Source: a virus. Taken from it: a stretch of DNA of 64,000 nucleotides. Below the pieces are notes generated by a model that was not told the DNA's origin, made no database searches, and saw only the letters and a program-made list of their open reading frames with translations. Position 1 is the first letter of the stretch; each line of letters begins with the position of its first letter. The position numbers and the translations under genes were made by a program. The DNA is taken from the IMG/VR virus record IMGVR_UViG_3300035034_001349, positions 10,329 to 74,328 of that record. One strand, written 5' to 3'. Shown here piece by piece: positions 10,279 through 20,638 of this stretch.

Positions 10279-10524
10279 CTAGTTAAATAAAATTACAACT
10301 ACTGCAATTATTATACCTATTAAATTAAACTTTATATCGCTTGGTATCTTTATATAATCTTCACTAACCATACTTTTAAATACTTCAGATAATACACTTA
10401 CAATCACTACATTTAGTACACTCAAACCCATACCAAAATACGGTATTACATAATATGAAATTACCATAAATGTTGATGATATAGTCATGCGATAGAAATT
10501 ACTAATTTTTGGTTTTTTACTCAT
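10279..10524 (-). CDS. Small membrane protein (about 3 TM), array member 3
   Basis: 81 aa, hydrophobic, AGGGG SD. Confidence 0.75.
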   Translation of the reverse strand: MSKKPKISNFYRMTISSTFMVISYYVIPYFGMGLSVLNVVIVSVLSEVFKSMVSEDYIKIPSDIKFNLIGIIIAVVVILFN

Positions 10525-10543
10525 TTGATTTCCCCTTACTTTT

Positions 10544-10801
10544 TTATATAGTTATTGCCAGCATTGCCAATAGTGTAGATACTGTAAACATTAATGCACT
10601 CGACCAAAAATTTGAAGTAAAATATTTAGGATCAAAATATCTAAAGGCAAAATATGCATCTATCGATAATATCAAAATAACTGTTGATATACCAGACCAA
10701 ACTAATGTTAAACCCACTAAAGTATTAAACATAAATATGCTTAAGAGTGATGGGAATATAAGTACAAGTGTCTGATAATATTTGTTAGTTAATACTTTCA
10801 T
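10544..10801 (-). CDS. Small membrane protein (about 3 TM), array member 2
   Basis: 85 aa, hydrophobic, ATGA-coupled to the upstream gene. Confidence 0.75.
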   Translation of the reverse strand: MKVLTNKYYQTLVLIFPSLLSIFMFNTLVGLTLVWSGISTVILILSIDAYFAFRYFDPKYFTSNFWSSALMFTVSTLLAMLAITI

Positions 10802-11076
10802 ATTATACTAATCACCTGCATTCCAACTAAATACAGTACTAAGAAATTTAAACTACCTATTAACATAGATATGTATATAAGTAATAAATTCTTAGTTGTA
10901 GTATCAAAGTTCTTCAATGAATATATAGTAAATCCAAGACCTGCAGAGTTTACTGTAATTAAAAACGTGGAAAATATACCTAAGTCAAATATTAATTTAC
11001 CTAGTACTAATGTTATAGCATGAATTACAAACATAACTGCAACTATCAGTGGTGTATTCGTTTTATCATATGTCAT
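10798..11076 (-). CDS. Small membrane protein (about 3 TM), array member 1
   Basis: 92 aa, hydrophobic, GGAGG SD, early promoter at 11138-11156. Confidence 0.75.
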   Translation of the reverse strand: MTYDKTNTPLIVAVMFVIHAITLVLGKLIFDLGIFSTFLITVNSAGLGFTIYSLKNFDTTTKNLLLIYISMLIGSLNFLVLYLVGMQVISII

Positions 11077-11137
11077 TTATTCCCTCCATTTATTTTATTA
11101 ACTAAATAATAGATGTCCTCCCTTCAAAAATATATAC

Positions 11138-11156
11138 ATCATGTTTATAATATATA
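11138..11156 (-). promoter_or_regulatory. Early promoter motif
   Basis: TATATATTATAAACATGAT. Confidence 0.7.
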
Positions 11157-11295
11157 ATTGGTATACTAACTAAAATTTACTCTTTTTTACTTTAAAAAAG
11201 ATATTAAATTGTTATAATTTTTTATTTAAAAAATTATTTTTTGTTGATTAATTAATATATTCATAACATTTTATTAATAAAATAGATGGAGGAGT

Positions 11296-12024
11296 GTGAA
11301 TATGAGTATTAAAGAAGAAGAAGTAAAAGATAATAATCTGGAGAAATATGAAGAAGTATTTAAAGATGAAATAGAAATGATACAAGAAGAAATGAGTGAG
11401 ATGGATAGTCTGTATGAAGAAACTAAGAAACATTTTGATGAGGTTAAAGGTAACCCTCAACGTGCTACTCTACGCTTCATCCAAGAACAAACTTCAAATT
11501 TAATAAGTATGAAGGATAGTAAGATAAAGATGATAAAAAGTAGTGTAGATGTCAAGAAAATAATATCCGACTTTGCATATAAATATGATAAAATGGAAAA
11601 TAATGATAGACTTGATACTGACTTATCATTGCAATTATTTGAAAGAATGATGGAAAGTCAAAAGAGAGAAGGAGTAAGTCTAAGTTCAGATGATAAAGAT
11701 GATTCTATGGATGATGAAGAATTAAATGGAAGAATTGAGGACTTAATTGCTAATGATGAAGAAATAGCAGATGAAATAAATACTATAGTTGAAGGACTTA
11801 AGGATGAAATAGATAGTGATGATGAGGAATCTTCTGAATCAATCGTTTCAGATTTATATGGAACATTATATGTATATGATAGTGATACTAATGAAATAAC
11901 TAAAGAAGGTGTTCCTGAGGGTCTAGAAGTTATAGATATAACCATAGATGAAGAAAATGACGAGTATTATGTAGAATGTAGTGATGGTAATAAATATGAA
12001 ATAGTTGAAATAGACTTATCATAA
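11296..12024 (+). CDS. Acidic coiled-coil late protein
   Basis: 242 aa, GGAGG SD, late promoter at 11265-11276. Confidence 0.7.
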   Translation: MNMSIKEEEVKDNNLEKYEEVFKDEIEMIQEEMSEMDSLYEETKKHFDEVKGNPQRATLRFIQEQTSNLISMKDSKIKMIKSSVDVKKIISDFAYKYDKMENNDRLDTDLSLQLFERMMESQKREGVSLSSDDKDDSMDDEELNGRIEDLIANDEEIADEINTIVEGLKDEIDSDDEESSESIVSDLYGTLYVYDSDTNEITKEGVPEGLEVIDITIDEENDEYYVECSDGNKYEIVEIDLS

Positions 12025-12037
12025 AAAAAAAAATAAA

Positions 12038-12067
12038 AAGACTTAAGGAGAATTCTCCTTAAGTCTT
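12038..12067. terminator. Perfect 30-bp palindrome, bidirectional terminator
   Basis: AAGACTTAAGGAGAA|TTCTCCTTAAGTCTT between convergent genes. Confidence 0.75.
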
Positions 12068-12132
12068 GCTTATTATTTAATGGATGATGATTATTTATGC
12101 CTTATAAAATTGTTTAATTTAAATATTTAAAA

Positions 12133-14868
12133 CTACGATACACTGAATAGAACATTCTTATCAGACATGAAGTCTTCATCTTCAATATCAACTCCACTAT
12201 CTCGTAATAATATCATATCAATAGGTTGACTAAAGAATTCTTGATTATGCGAGATAATAAATGTCTGTTCAGAATTTAATTCATTCATTTGTTTCTCAAT
12301 CATAGTAATAAATGAACGTCTATTCTTAGTATCTAATGGACCATCTATCTCATCAAGATATAAAATATTGTACTTTGTTGTAGCCTTCTTAATCATAGCT
12401 AATGAAATTGAAACAGTAGTTAATGCTGTCTCACCCTGTGATGCTATATTAATATCCTCAAGAACATCACCATTATCCTTATATACATGGATGTAGAAGT
12501 TCTTATCATCAATATCAAATAATATTCTAAATCTACCATCTTGTGATATATCTAATAATTGGTTAGCACTATCTTGAATATCAACTAAATAGTCTCCAAT
12601 AAAGTGTAAAGGTATTCCCTTCTTAGGGTCTAATGAGTCTTTAACTAATTCATCAAACTTAAAGTTATCATCAAGGTCTAATTTACGTTTTTCATAGTCA
12701 TTAAGTCGGTTAATACTATACTTTATAGAATCTAAAGATTCATCTAATGGAGTTAATTCTTTTTCTAGACGTTTGACATCTTTATCTAATTCGTCTATTT
12801 CATCATTAATAGTATCTACAGTGGTAGATTTTTCTAATAACTCTGTATACTTCTTTTCAGCAGAGTCCATTTCCTTCTTAGCTTCATCCACATTCGTAGT
12901 ACTTTCTAATAATGTTTCTAATATATTAAGCTTACTTTCATTATCAGATATATCATTCTTTAATTTAGGCATTGATTCCATCTTAGTATCTATAAAATCA
13001 TTCAATACCTTCTTCTCATCATTAAGGGTTTCTATATCCTTCTTGATCATTTCAATTACTTCCTGATTATTTAGTATATTCTTACGCTTTTCTTCAAGAG
13101 AGGTAATTTTATCTTCCAATAGTTCTATATTATCATTTAATTTAACAAATTTAATTTCATCACTAATATCAAATAATTCATCTAATTCTTTTTTAGTACC
13201 ATCTATTAGAGATATAAAGTCATCTTGATTAGCTATACTTCTATCTTTTAGTAGTGTACTAGTATTTCCACTAAAGTGCTTATCATATACATTAACAGTT
13301 GAATTAGCATGACGAACTACATTTTCAATAGTATCCTTCTGATACTCTAATTCTTTTAACTCTTTCTTATATTCATCCTTCTTAACATTAAGTTTTTTTA
13401 TATCTTCTTCAGCATTTTCAAACTTAAGTGCATTCTTAATAAACCCACAATCATCTATTGTGCATAATTCAGGTCGTTTAGATAATATACTAGACTGCTC
13501 ATGAAAGTTCTTAGTCAGATAATTTATCTCATCATTAACATCTTGCACTTTATCATTAATAGTATTAATATCAGTATTTAGTGTAGTTAACATATTTTCT
13601 AAATCCGAAATATCGTTATCTCCATTAATAACTGTATCAAATATTGTCTTCTCTTGAGTATTTATACCGTAAATTACGTTATTAATAGCTTCCTCAAGTA
13701 ACCCAATTGAGACTTCCATAGTCTTAAGTTCTGTTTCTGTAAAATTACAATTTGTAATTTCAGTTTCTTCTAATGCATCTTTATATGACATTAATTCTTT
13801 CTTCTTATTACCTATTGTAGTATTAATTTTATCAATAGTTACATCACTATCATATTTACTAAGTTGAACTTCTTTAGATTTAATTGCTTTGGATTTATTA
13901 TTGACTTCTACACGCTTACTATCTACAGTACTCTTAAGATCTTTAACTTTCTCATTCAAGGACTCTATTTTAGATTGTGCATTTGCTATTCCCTTATTCA
14001 TACGCTTAATATCATATTCTTTTAAACTAGGATATGATTCAAGATATTCATCAATAGTAGTCTTCATTTTTTTATATTCTTTCATAGCTGTTGAAAACTC
14101 TTTCTTAAGCTCAAGAACTCTCATATCGATATTATTATCAGGGTCAAGATTACTTACTTTGCCTCGCTTTTTATTAATAGTTGCATTCGTACTTTCTATG
14201 TTCCTTTGTTTAATATTAATTCTTTCTTGAGTAGACTCAAGGCGATTATTAAGTACTTCTCTATCCTCAATTTTATCTAATTGATCTGCAACATACTTAA
14301 TTTGTTTCTTATGTGCTAGATACTTAGTATTAACGATAGAGTACTTCTGAAGAAATTCATCAATATTTGGTAAGAAGTTTCCCATAAATTTCTTTCTCTG
14401 TGCAGTCTTAAGGTCAATAAAGTTAGTAACATTACTCCCTATTCTAGATAATTTGAAGAACTCCGTATCAACATTTAAGTGTTCACTAACCAAGTCTTCA
14501 AAACTTCTAACACCACCATTTTCATTTAGTTCTACACCATTCTTTTTTATAAAACACTTATTAGATGATTTATAATGATGTTCAATTTCATAAAGATCTT
14601 CACCATCTTGAATATGAATTTCTTTATAACCATCTTTTCCTTCAATGATCAAATCTTTACGCTCATCATTATTGGAATCTTTGAATGGTGTTAATGTACT
14701 TAGGATAGTACTTTTACCACTACCATTAGCACCGAATAACATAACTATGTTATTAGACTCTACATCTTCTCCTAGATGATTTTTAGTAAAGTCAATTTCA
14801 ATTTCCGTTCTATCCATTCCTGCATAAACCCCTGCAAAGTTTATAAGTTTAAGATAAGTTATCTTCAT
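12133..14868 (-). CDS. sbcC: SbcC/Rad50-like SMC ATPase
   Basis: Walker A GANGSGKS, long coiled coil with a central Cys pair (CTIDDC), signature ASQGE, Walker B LYLDEID, ISH. Confidence 0.9.
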   Translation of the reverse strand: MKITYLKLINFAGVYAGMDRTEIEIDFTKNHLGEDVESNNIVMLFGANGSGKSTILSTLTPFKDSNNDERKDLIIEGKDGYKEIHIQDGEDLYEIEHHYKSSNKCFIKKNGVELNENGGVRSFEDLVSEHLNVDTEFFKLSRIGSNVTNFIDLKTAQRKKFMGNFLPNIDEFLQKYSIVNTKYLAHKKQIKYVADQLDKIEDREVLNNRLESTQERINIKQRNIESTNATINKKRGKVSNLDPDNNIDMRVLELKKEFSTAMKEYKKMKTTIDEYLESYPSLKEYDIKRMNKGIANAQSKIESLNEKVKDLKSTVDSKRVEVNNKSKAIKSKEVQLSKYDSDVTIDKINTTIGNKKKELMSYKDALEETEITNCNFTETELKTMEVSIGLLEEAINNVIYGINTQEKTIFDTVINGDNDISDLENMLTTLNTDINTINDKVQDVNDEINYLTKNFHEQSSILSKRPELCTIDDCGFIKNALKFENAEEDIKKLNVKKDEYKKELKELEYQKDTIENVVRHANSTVNVYDKHFSGNTSTLLKDRSIANQDDFISLIDGTKKELDELFDISDEIKFVKLNDNIELLEDKITSLEEKRKNILNNQEVIEMIKKDIETLNDEKKVLNDFIDTKMESMPKLKNDISDNESKLNILETLLESTTNVDEAKKEMDSAEKKYTELLEKSTTVDTINDEIDELDKDVKRLEKELTPLDESLDSIKYSINRLNDYEKRKLDLDDNFKFDELVKDSLDPKKGIPLHFIGDYLVDIQDSANQLLDISQDGRFRILFDIDDKNFYIHVYKDNGDVLEDINIASQGETALTTVSISLAMIKKATTKYNILYLDEIDGPLDTKNRRSFITMIEKQMNELNSEQTFIISHNQEFFSQPIDMILLRDSGVDIEDEDFMSDKNVLFSVS

Positions 14869-14911
14869 TAATACACTTCCTCTCTATACATTTATTTTAA
14901 ATTATTATTAT

Positions 14912-14930
14912 ATCATCATTATAATATATG
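14912..14930 (-). promoter_or_regulatory. Early promoter motif
   Basis: CATATATTATAATGATGAT. Confidence 0.7.
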
Positions 14931-14982
14931 ATTAAGGTATTGTTTTAATTAATCAAAAAAAAAACACTTACGTAAATGAGTG

Positions 14983-15147
14983 TTATTTTCTTCTTGCTTC
15001 ACGTACTTCTTCAATCGTTCTATCAGCATCCTCATAATTTTTTATATTTGTTGAAGTAATTCTTTCATCATCTAGTTTACGCTGTATAGCATTTTTTAAT
15101 TCTTTATTAATTCCCTCAAATACTCTCCCATTGAATCCCTTAAACAT
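14983..15147 (-). CDS. Small hypothetical protein (54 aa)
   Basis: AAGGAGAG SD; MFKGFNGRVFEGINKELKNAIQRKLDDERITSTNIKNYEDADRTIEEVREARRK; followed by a terminator; below the track cutoff. Confidence 0.65.
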   Translation of the reverse strand: MFKGFNGRVFEGINKELKNAIQRKLDDERITSTNIKNYEDADRTIEEVREARRK

Positions 15148-15283
15148 AACAACTCTCCTTTCTAATAATTAATTTAAGAGGTCAACATAGATTGTTGACC
15201 TCAATACAATGTGTTTGATACTAATCTTCAGTAACAACTTCAGGCACCGTACCACCTCCTTGAGAGGTTCTATAATAGTACAT

Positions 15284-15505
15284 TTATGCTAAACTCTTCT
15301 TTATCATTCTTATTAATTTATCAGGTTTTGATGAATGTCTAATTAGACCAAATTTAACAACTCTAAATTCATTATCAATAAAGGCTATTGAGCTCTTATC
15401 AGTAATTCCTCTTTTCTTTCTATTTTCTAAAATTGCTACACATCGTTCTAATGACTCTCTTTTATTTTTTAGCTCTGTACTAGTGAATGACATAATTGAC
15501 TTCAT
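15284..15505 (-). CDS. Small basic early protein
   Basis: 73 aa, AAGGAG SD, early promoter at 15540-15558. Confidence 0.7.
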   Translation of the reverse strand: MKSIMSFTSTELKNKRESLERCVAILENRKKRGITDKSSIAFIDNEFRVVKFGLIRHSSKPDKLIRMIKKSLA

Positions 15506-15581
15506 GTTATCTCTCCTTTTATATGATTAGTTTATATTTATCATTATTATAATATATGATTACATACTAATTTACTACAAT

Positions 15582-17009
15582 TTAATAGAATTTAGTAAAT
15601 ACATCTTTCTTAACAGATGAGATAGTATCTTTAGATATATAATCTGTAAAGTGAATTAATTCTGTAACTAAATATGGGAACTTTACTATCAAGTCATTAA
15701 CTAGACCGTTATCTAAATCATCAAAACAGCATATATAGTTTATATTACGCATTAATATCTTTCTCTGAGTTCTTTCTTCAATTAATAATTCAGATGGGAT
15801 ACACTTCATATATGCATTAGTTCTTACAACACTTTCATAAACCTGGTCAAGTGTAGGATTATCTATATATAATATAGACTCTGCAGACTTACTAACTGCA
15901 TAATCCGCCATTTTTTCACTAATCTCATTAAAGAATCTAAGAACTGATACATTTGTGTTTATTGCAATTTTCTTAATTTCATCATCAGTGTGTCTTAGGT
16001 ACCTATAATTAGTATATGTAGCCCTTTCTATAACTTGTTTCTCAAACTCCTTACTTACGGGGTGTATAACTTGAGTAAGTATATCAGAATTAATCTTATA
16101 ATTATCATCTGTAAGATATAATTCAGCTATATAGTCATTGAGAATAGTTGGTATATTTGTCACTCCACTATTATCCCTGATGTTCTTGATATCATCCTTA
16201 GTCAATAATAGTCCGTTAGATAGTGTACTTTTACTACTTGCATTTCCAGATGCTTGCCCTATAATTGCATTTAAGTTTTCAATGAAGTATTTCTTAGTAT
16301 CATCACTTATAACCCCTGATATATCCTTTAAGAAATTACTATCCAATACTAACCCAAAATCATTTTTAGTAGCATACTCAATAAACTTAAATGCAAGTTT
16401 ATCTGCATCAATTTTATCATTTAGTTGATGTATAAATTGTATAGGGTAAAATGAACTGTAATTACATTTTATGAATACTTTAAATACCTTATCTGCATTA
16501 AGATTCTCACTTTTCTTTACACAAGGCAATAATCTAAATATATCAATTTTAGTAGTTGCATAATCATGTGTACCATTCTCGTTCATTAGTTCAATTAGAT
16601 CATCTATATCTACCCTATTTTTAAATCTTAGATACACACCATCATGCGTCATTCTATCATTACTATATAATTCAACTCTTTCTTCAGGACTATATAATTT
16701 TCTAATAAATTCTCTACTCACATGATTACCATACTTGAGTAACATATTTAATAAATATTTTTGTGAATTACCATTCTCCATACCCTTAATGCCCTCAGAG
16801 TAATCAGGGAATCTCTTTTTATTTGCAAATATACCAACTGCATTATTGATGATGTCATTATTATCTTTTATTTTATCCATTACATCTAATTGTTTTTCAT
16901 AAGTAGCACTATCAAATACACCATTCGAATCAACTGATATAAATTTTGTATCTTTATTATCTTCTATAAATTCTTTTAGTTCATCATAATAATTCTTATC
17001 TACATTCAT
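15582..17009 (-). CDS. Hypothetical protein with C-terminal alpha-solenoid repeats
   Basis: 475 aa; repeats such as EIKKIAINTNVSVLRFF and KMADYAVSKSAESILYI. Confidence 0.65.
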   Translation of the reverse strand: MNVDKNYYDELKEFIEDNKDTKFISVDSNGVFDSATYEKQLDVMDKIKDNNDIINNAVGIFANKKRFPDYSEGIKGMENGNSQKYLLNMLLKYGNHVSREFIRKLYSPEERVELYSNDRMTHDGVYLRFKNRVDIDDLIELMNENGTHDYATTKIDIFRLLPCVKKSENLNADKVFKVFIKCNYSSFYPIQFIHQLNDKIDADKLAFKFIEYATKNDFGLVLDSNFLKDISGVISDDTKKYFIENLNAIIGQASGNASSKSTLSNGLLLTKDDIKNIRDNSGVTNIPTILNDYIAELYLTDDNYKINSDILTQVIHPVSKEFEKQVIERATYTNYRYLRHTDDEIKKIAINTNVSVLRFFNEISEKMADYAVSKSAESILYIDNPTLDQVYESVVRTNAYMKCIPSELLIEERTQRKILMRNINYICCFDDLDNGLVNDLIVKFPYLVTELIHFTDYISKDTISSVKKDVFTKFY

Positions 17010-17451
17010 TTATTATATTCTCCTTTGATTTGCTTCTAAAGAAGTTACTTATCTTATTAAGAAGTAACTCCTTATCACTTACATTAGTAAATACAATTTT
17101 ATAATCTGCCATACATTCATTAGGGTCACACCCTGGATAATTAAGCAATGATGCTGAATATACTCTGAATATTTGCATTTCTATTTCTAGAGTTAACTCC
17201 ATTACCATCTGTTCCACTTCATCCTCATAACCTTCTAAAACGCCAAACAAAATATAACTAATAGGTGCATGACCGCCAGAGTAACCGTCTCCTCCCCCTT
17301 GACAACAATTTAGAGATACGACACGTGTACCATATGAGTTTATAGCATCAATAGTATCCTTCAGCATAGGATCTATCTCTATTTCCCCACTAATTATATT
17401 TCGTGTGATATCAGTTTTATATTCTTTAGAATGATAATTTTTAAACATCAT
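16996..17451 (-). CDS. Hypothetical protein, weakly TYW3-like N-terminus
   Basis: IDPMLKDTIDAIN...SLNCCQG resembles the D..I..IN...TxSCxG pattern. Confidence 0.4.
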   Translation of the reverse strand: MMFKNYHSKEYKTDITRNIISGEIEIDPMLKDTIDAINSYGTRVVSLNCCQGGGDGYSGGHAPISYILFGVLEGYEDEVEQMVMELTLEIEMQIFRVYSASLLNYPGCDPNECMADYKIVFTNVSDKELLLNKISNFFRSKSKENIINECR

Positions 17452-17971
17452 ATCGTGTCCCTATTAGATTACTTATCTTTCTATCACATTCAGAACAATA
17501 ACCAATCTCATCATGGTTATCAATAGTATCAAAACAACAAGATGTTTTGGATTCTTCATCTGACTTAACTATACCTGTCTGACCTTGAGGTAACGCATAC
17601 TTAAATTTATATGTTGGAGTACCTTCATATTTTTCTCCATTTATATATTCTTTACTCCGTAAGAAATACTTATATTCACACTCATATAACGGTGTATATA
17701 AATAAAATTCTTTCATTGTTGCACCTATTACATTATGATGTACAGCACCTGTAGTATTGTGTATAGGTATTAGAATACTGTTTGTACATATAACATAATC
17801 TTTAGATTTAAAATGTTCCCTAACTTCTAGTGACACACCACTCCATCCATCTAGTAGCTCATGAACAACACTCATGAATTCATTAGTTGAATCGTAGTTA
17901 ATTAAATCAAACTCCTCATCTTCACCATTAAAATCATTGATAAGTAACACAGTTTCATTCTTCATCTTCAT
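17441..17971 (-). CDS. Hypothetical early protein, Cys/His-rich C-terminus
   Basis: 176 aa, GGGAGG SD, early promoter at 17997-18015. Confidence 0.65.
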   Translation of the reverse strand: MKMKNETVLLINDFNGEDEEFDLINYDSTNEFMSVVHELLDGWSGVSLEVREHFKSKDYVICTNSILIPIHNTTGAVHHNVIGATMKEFYLYTPLYECEYKYFLRSKEYINGEKYEGTPTYKFKYALPQGQTGIVKSDEESKTSCCFDTIDNHDEIGYCSECDRKISNLIGTRYDV

Positions 17972-18042
17972 CCTCCCTAAAATCTACAATTTTATCTTCA
18001 ATAGTATAATATATGCTTAGATAGATAATTAGAGAAATACAA

Positions 18043-18072
18043 ATAAGCATAACCAATTAAGGTTATGCTTAT
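18043..18072 (-). terminator. Intrinsic terminator
   Basis: ATAAGCATAACC-AATTAA-GGTTATGCTTAT. Confidence 0.75.
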
Positions 18073-18089
18073 AATGATTAATATTGAAC

Positions 18090-18350
18090 TTACCTCTGTA
18101 AGTATAAATATAATTCAGTAATCCTTTTATATCTTTGAATTCTTTCATTCTTATAAAACTGCATTGTTTGAATTAGCCATTCTTCACAATCATCAAAGTT
18201 CTCAAATGGTTCTACTACAAATATAGATGATATACTCTCATTGGTTATATTATCAATTAGAGTACATGTGAATGTATAATCTAATTCCATGGTATAAAAC
18301 TCAAAGTTGTTAGAGAGTACTTTAGTATTTGATAATTCCATACTCACCAC
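18090..18350 (-). CDS. Hypothetical protein
   Basis: 86 aa, AAGGAG SD. Confidence 0.6.
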   Translation of the reverse strand: MVSMELSNTKVLSNNFEFYTMELDYTFTCTLIDNITNESISSIFVVEPFENFDDCEEWLIQTMQFYKNERIQRYKRITELYLYLQR

Positions 18351-18379
18351 TCCTTCTTAAATTGTTAGCGTTAATATTA

Positions 18380-18733
18380 TTATCTTAGTCTATTAGCACT
18401 ATTTTCTAATTCATCCTTATAGTCAGTCTTTAAGAATTCTATATGTTGTTCTATTTCTTTATAGTTAGGACTATCTTCTAAATAATTGCCCAACATCTCG
18501 TCCAGTTGAGTTATAAATACTTCCCTATCTCTCATTAGTAAATCTACTTCCCCTATACTTGTTGCACTTTTAGCCATCTTTATTAATATAGGTTCGTTTT
18601 TATTTAATTCTAGTCTCATATAGTTTCTTCTAAGACTTTTACCGTCTCTTTTTCTCATTATCTTAAATGTATTATATAAGTCGGGTATTATACCTTCTAA
18701 GAATAGACATTCATTATACATTTCTCTTTTCAC
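18380..18733 (-). CDS. Hypothetical protein (possibly virion-associated)
   Basis: 117 aa, AGGAGGT SD, downstream of the late RNAP gene. Confidence 0.65.
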   Translation of the reverse strand: MKREMYNECLFLEGIIPDLYNTFKIMRKRDGKSLRRNYMRLELNKNEPILIKMAKSATSIGEVDLLMRDREVFITQLDEMLGNYLEDSPNYKEIEQHIEFLKTDYKDELENSANRLR

Positions 18734-18743
18734 TCCAAACCTC

Positions 18744-20252
18744 CTAATTTTTAGTTAATGTAAATATTGTCTGTACTGCTTCATTTCCTATAGTTCTATT
18801 AAAATTACCAGATGGATCTAAGAAATTCCTTAAACTATTTATAGTATCTTCAGCTTCAATATTTGCTTCATTACTCCATACTGCTCTTAATGATACTGTA
18901 TCACCATCATAATCACCACCAAGGGCATCCAAAACTGCATTACCTACAACAATAGTATCTATAAATTCATTTTCTTTAGCTATATCAGTTATGATAGGAT
19001 AATCTTCAAATAATGTATTTTGTACCTCAACATTTTTATCTACTTCCTTGGTAGTCATAACTTTTATCCTAGCAGGATATATATTATTAAAAGTTTCGAC
19101 TGGATATCTAGTTACATATACATGTTTACCCTCTACTACTTTTGTAGCAATTATATACAGTAAATCAGTAAGTGTAAATATTCTAGGTTCTCCATCTACA
19201 ATTATATTAAGTTTCTTTTTACCTTTTTCAGTATTAACTTCAATAGGCATAAATCTTTTATCAGGACTCTTAATATATAGGTTAAGTAGCTTCTTAAATT
19301 TATCAGGCGTAAAGTCATCCATAGGATTTTCTAACATATACTGTTTGCCTGACTTAGTCTTTATATACTTAGTAACTGAAAATATTTCTTCGAAATAACC
19401 AGTTAAATGGTATATAAAAAAAGGAAAGAATAGATTTATTACATGACTTAAAGGAACACCACAATAACCAAACTTTATATTACTGCTTTCCCAACTATTA
19501 GAATCATACGTATTGGCACTTATAACCCCACGTGTAGCATAATCAATAGCCTTTCCCATTAAACCTTGTCTTATTATTCCTGTCTTCTTACTAACACTAT
19601 CCTTAAATAAATTATATATATCCATGATAGTCTGTTGAAGTTTATATTCAGTTAAATTACCCATAAAACTAAAGTCACTACCTTGGTCTATTGATTTAGA
19701 TAAATTTATTAATTTTGAGTATAGACTATTTATCTCATCTACACTTAATTTACCAGAACCTGACTTAGTCATATTTATATCTCTATAAAATGCAGGTATC
19801 ACTAACCATTTAGACTGAAATGCTTCAGTTCTCTTGACAGTATTGAACACATCAATCTTTTCATTTCTCTTTCTACTCTCATTCTTTTTAAAATCCATTT
19901 TATAAAAGTTCTTATATAGAAATGATAAACCAGTTCCCCCATTTTCATCATCTTCTACAAGATAACCATTCTCATCAAGACTTACAAACTTCTCACCACT
20001 TATTACTTGTACTATACTTCTATCAATAGTGGTTAAGATTTTATATACTACTGGATGAAGAAAGTTATGTTTTAAATCTACATACCCAAATATAGTCTTT
20101 CTATCATAACTACCAACTGGTCCAAATAAAGAATATGAAAATAAACCATCTTCAGTAGGATGCCTAGATTTATCTAAAAATATAGGATTCTCTACTTCTG
20201 GACATTCATTGATTTCTATAAATTTATTCACATCAAAAATATCATTTTTCAT
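18744..20252 (-). CDS. rpoC: RNA polymerase beta' subunit N-part with catalytic motif (probably virion RNAP)
   Basis: DGLFS...FGYVDL...HP, VIPAFYR, KKTGIIRQGLMGKAIDYATRGVI, RYP, GGDYDGD (DxDGD); late promoter at 20288-20299. Confidence 0.92.
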   Translation of the reverse strand: MKNDIFDVNKFIEINECPEVENPIFLDKSRHPTEDGLFSYSLFGPVGSYDRKTIFGYVDLKHNFLHPVVYKILTTIDRSIVQVISGEKFVSLDENGYLVEDDENGGTGLSFLYKNFYKMDFKKNESRKRNEKIDVFNTVKRTEAFQSKWLVIPAFYRDINMTKSGSGKLSVDEINSLYSKLINLSKSIDQGSDFSFMGNLTEYKLQQTIMDIYNLFKDSVSKKTGIIRQGLMGKAIDYATRGVISANTYDSNSWESSNIKFGYCGVPLSHVINLFFPFFIYHLTGYFEEIFSVTKYIKTKSGKQYMLENPMDDFTPDKFKKLLNLYIKSPDKRFMPIEVNTEKGKKKLNIIVDGEPRIFTLTDLLYIIATKVVEGKHVYVTRYPVETFNNIYPARIKVMTTKEVDKNVEVQNTLFEDYPIITDIAKENEFIDTIVVGNAVLDALGGDYDGDTVSLRAVWSNEANIEAEDTINSLRNFLDPSGNFNRTIGNEAVQTIFTLTKN

Positions 20253-20353
20253 TTATTATACATTGCTCCTTTCTTAAAATTAACTATTAATGTAATGTTA
20301 AAGACAATGCAAAAAAAAAACATTATATAGAGTTAACTATATAATGTCTTATT

Positions 20354-20629
20354 CTAATATATTTTAACAACAAAACTCTTTTTATTAGATACCATAATAT
20401 TAGCACTAGTTCTACCAAATGGTATTTCATTATTGCCATTATTTATTATAATATTCTTATATATTTCTCTTATAATGGTTTGTATATCATTATCATCTTT
20501 TATAATAGATTCATCATTAAGAAGAGTACATGATATTCTCTCATGCTTCGTTGGAACATCTATCATAAATCTATCTAGAAACTTGAACTTAACCTCTCCA
20601 AACCCCTCTACATTTCTGTTATCTTTCAT
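20354..20629 (-). CDS. Hypothetical protein
   Basis: 91 aa, AGGAGGT SD. Confidence 0.65.
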   Translation of the reverse strand: MKDNRNVEGFGEVKFKFLDRFMIDVPTKHERISCTLLNDESIIKDDNDIQTIIREIYKNIIINNGNNEIPFGRTSANIMVSNKKSFVVKIY

Positions 20630-20638
20630 AACTACCTC

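Noticed and set aside
18090-18350. 86-aa protein containing 'NESIS' as a Ugi homolog
   Set aside because: Only a three-residue resemblance, a basic C-terminus, and it lies in a late operon.
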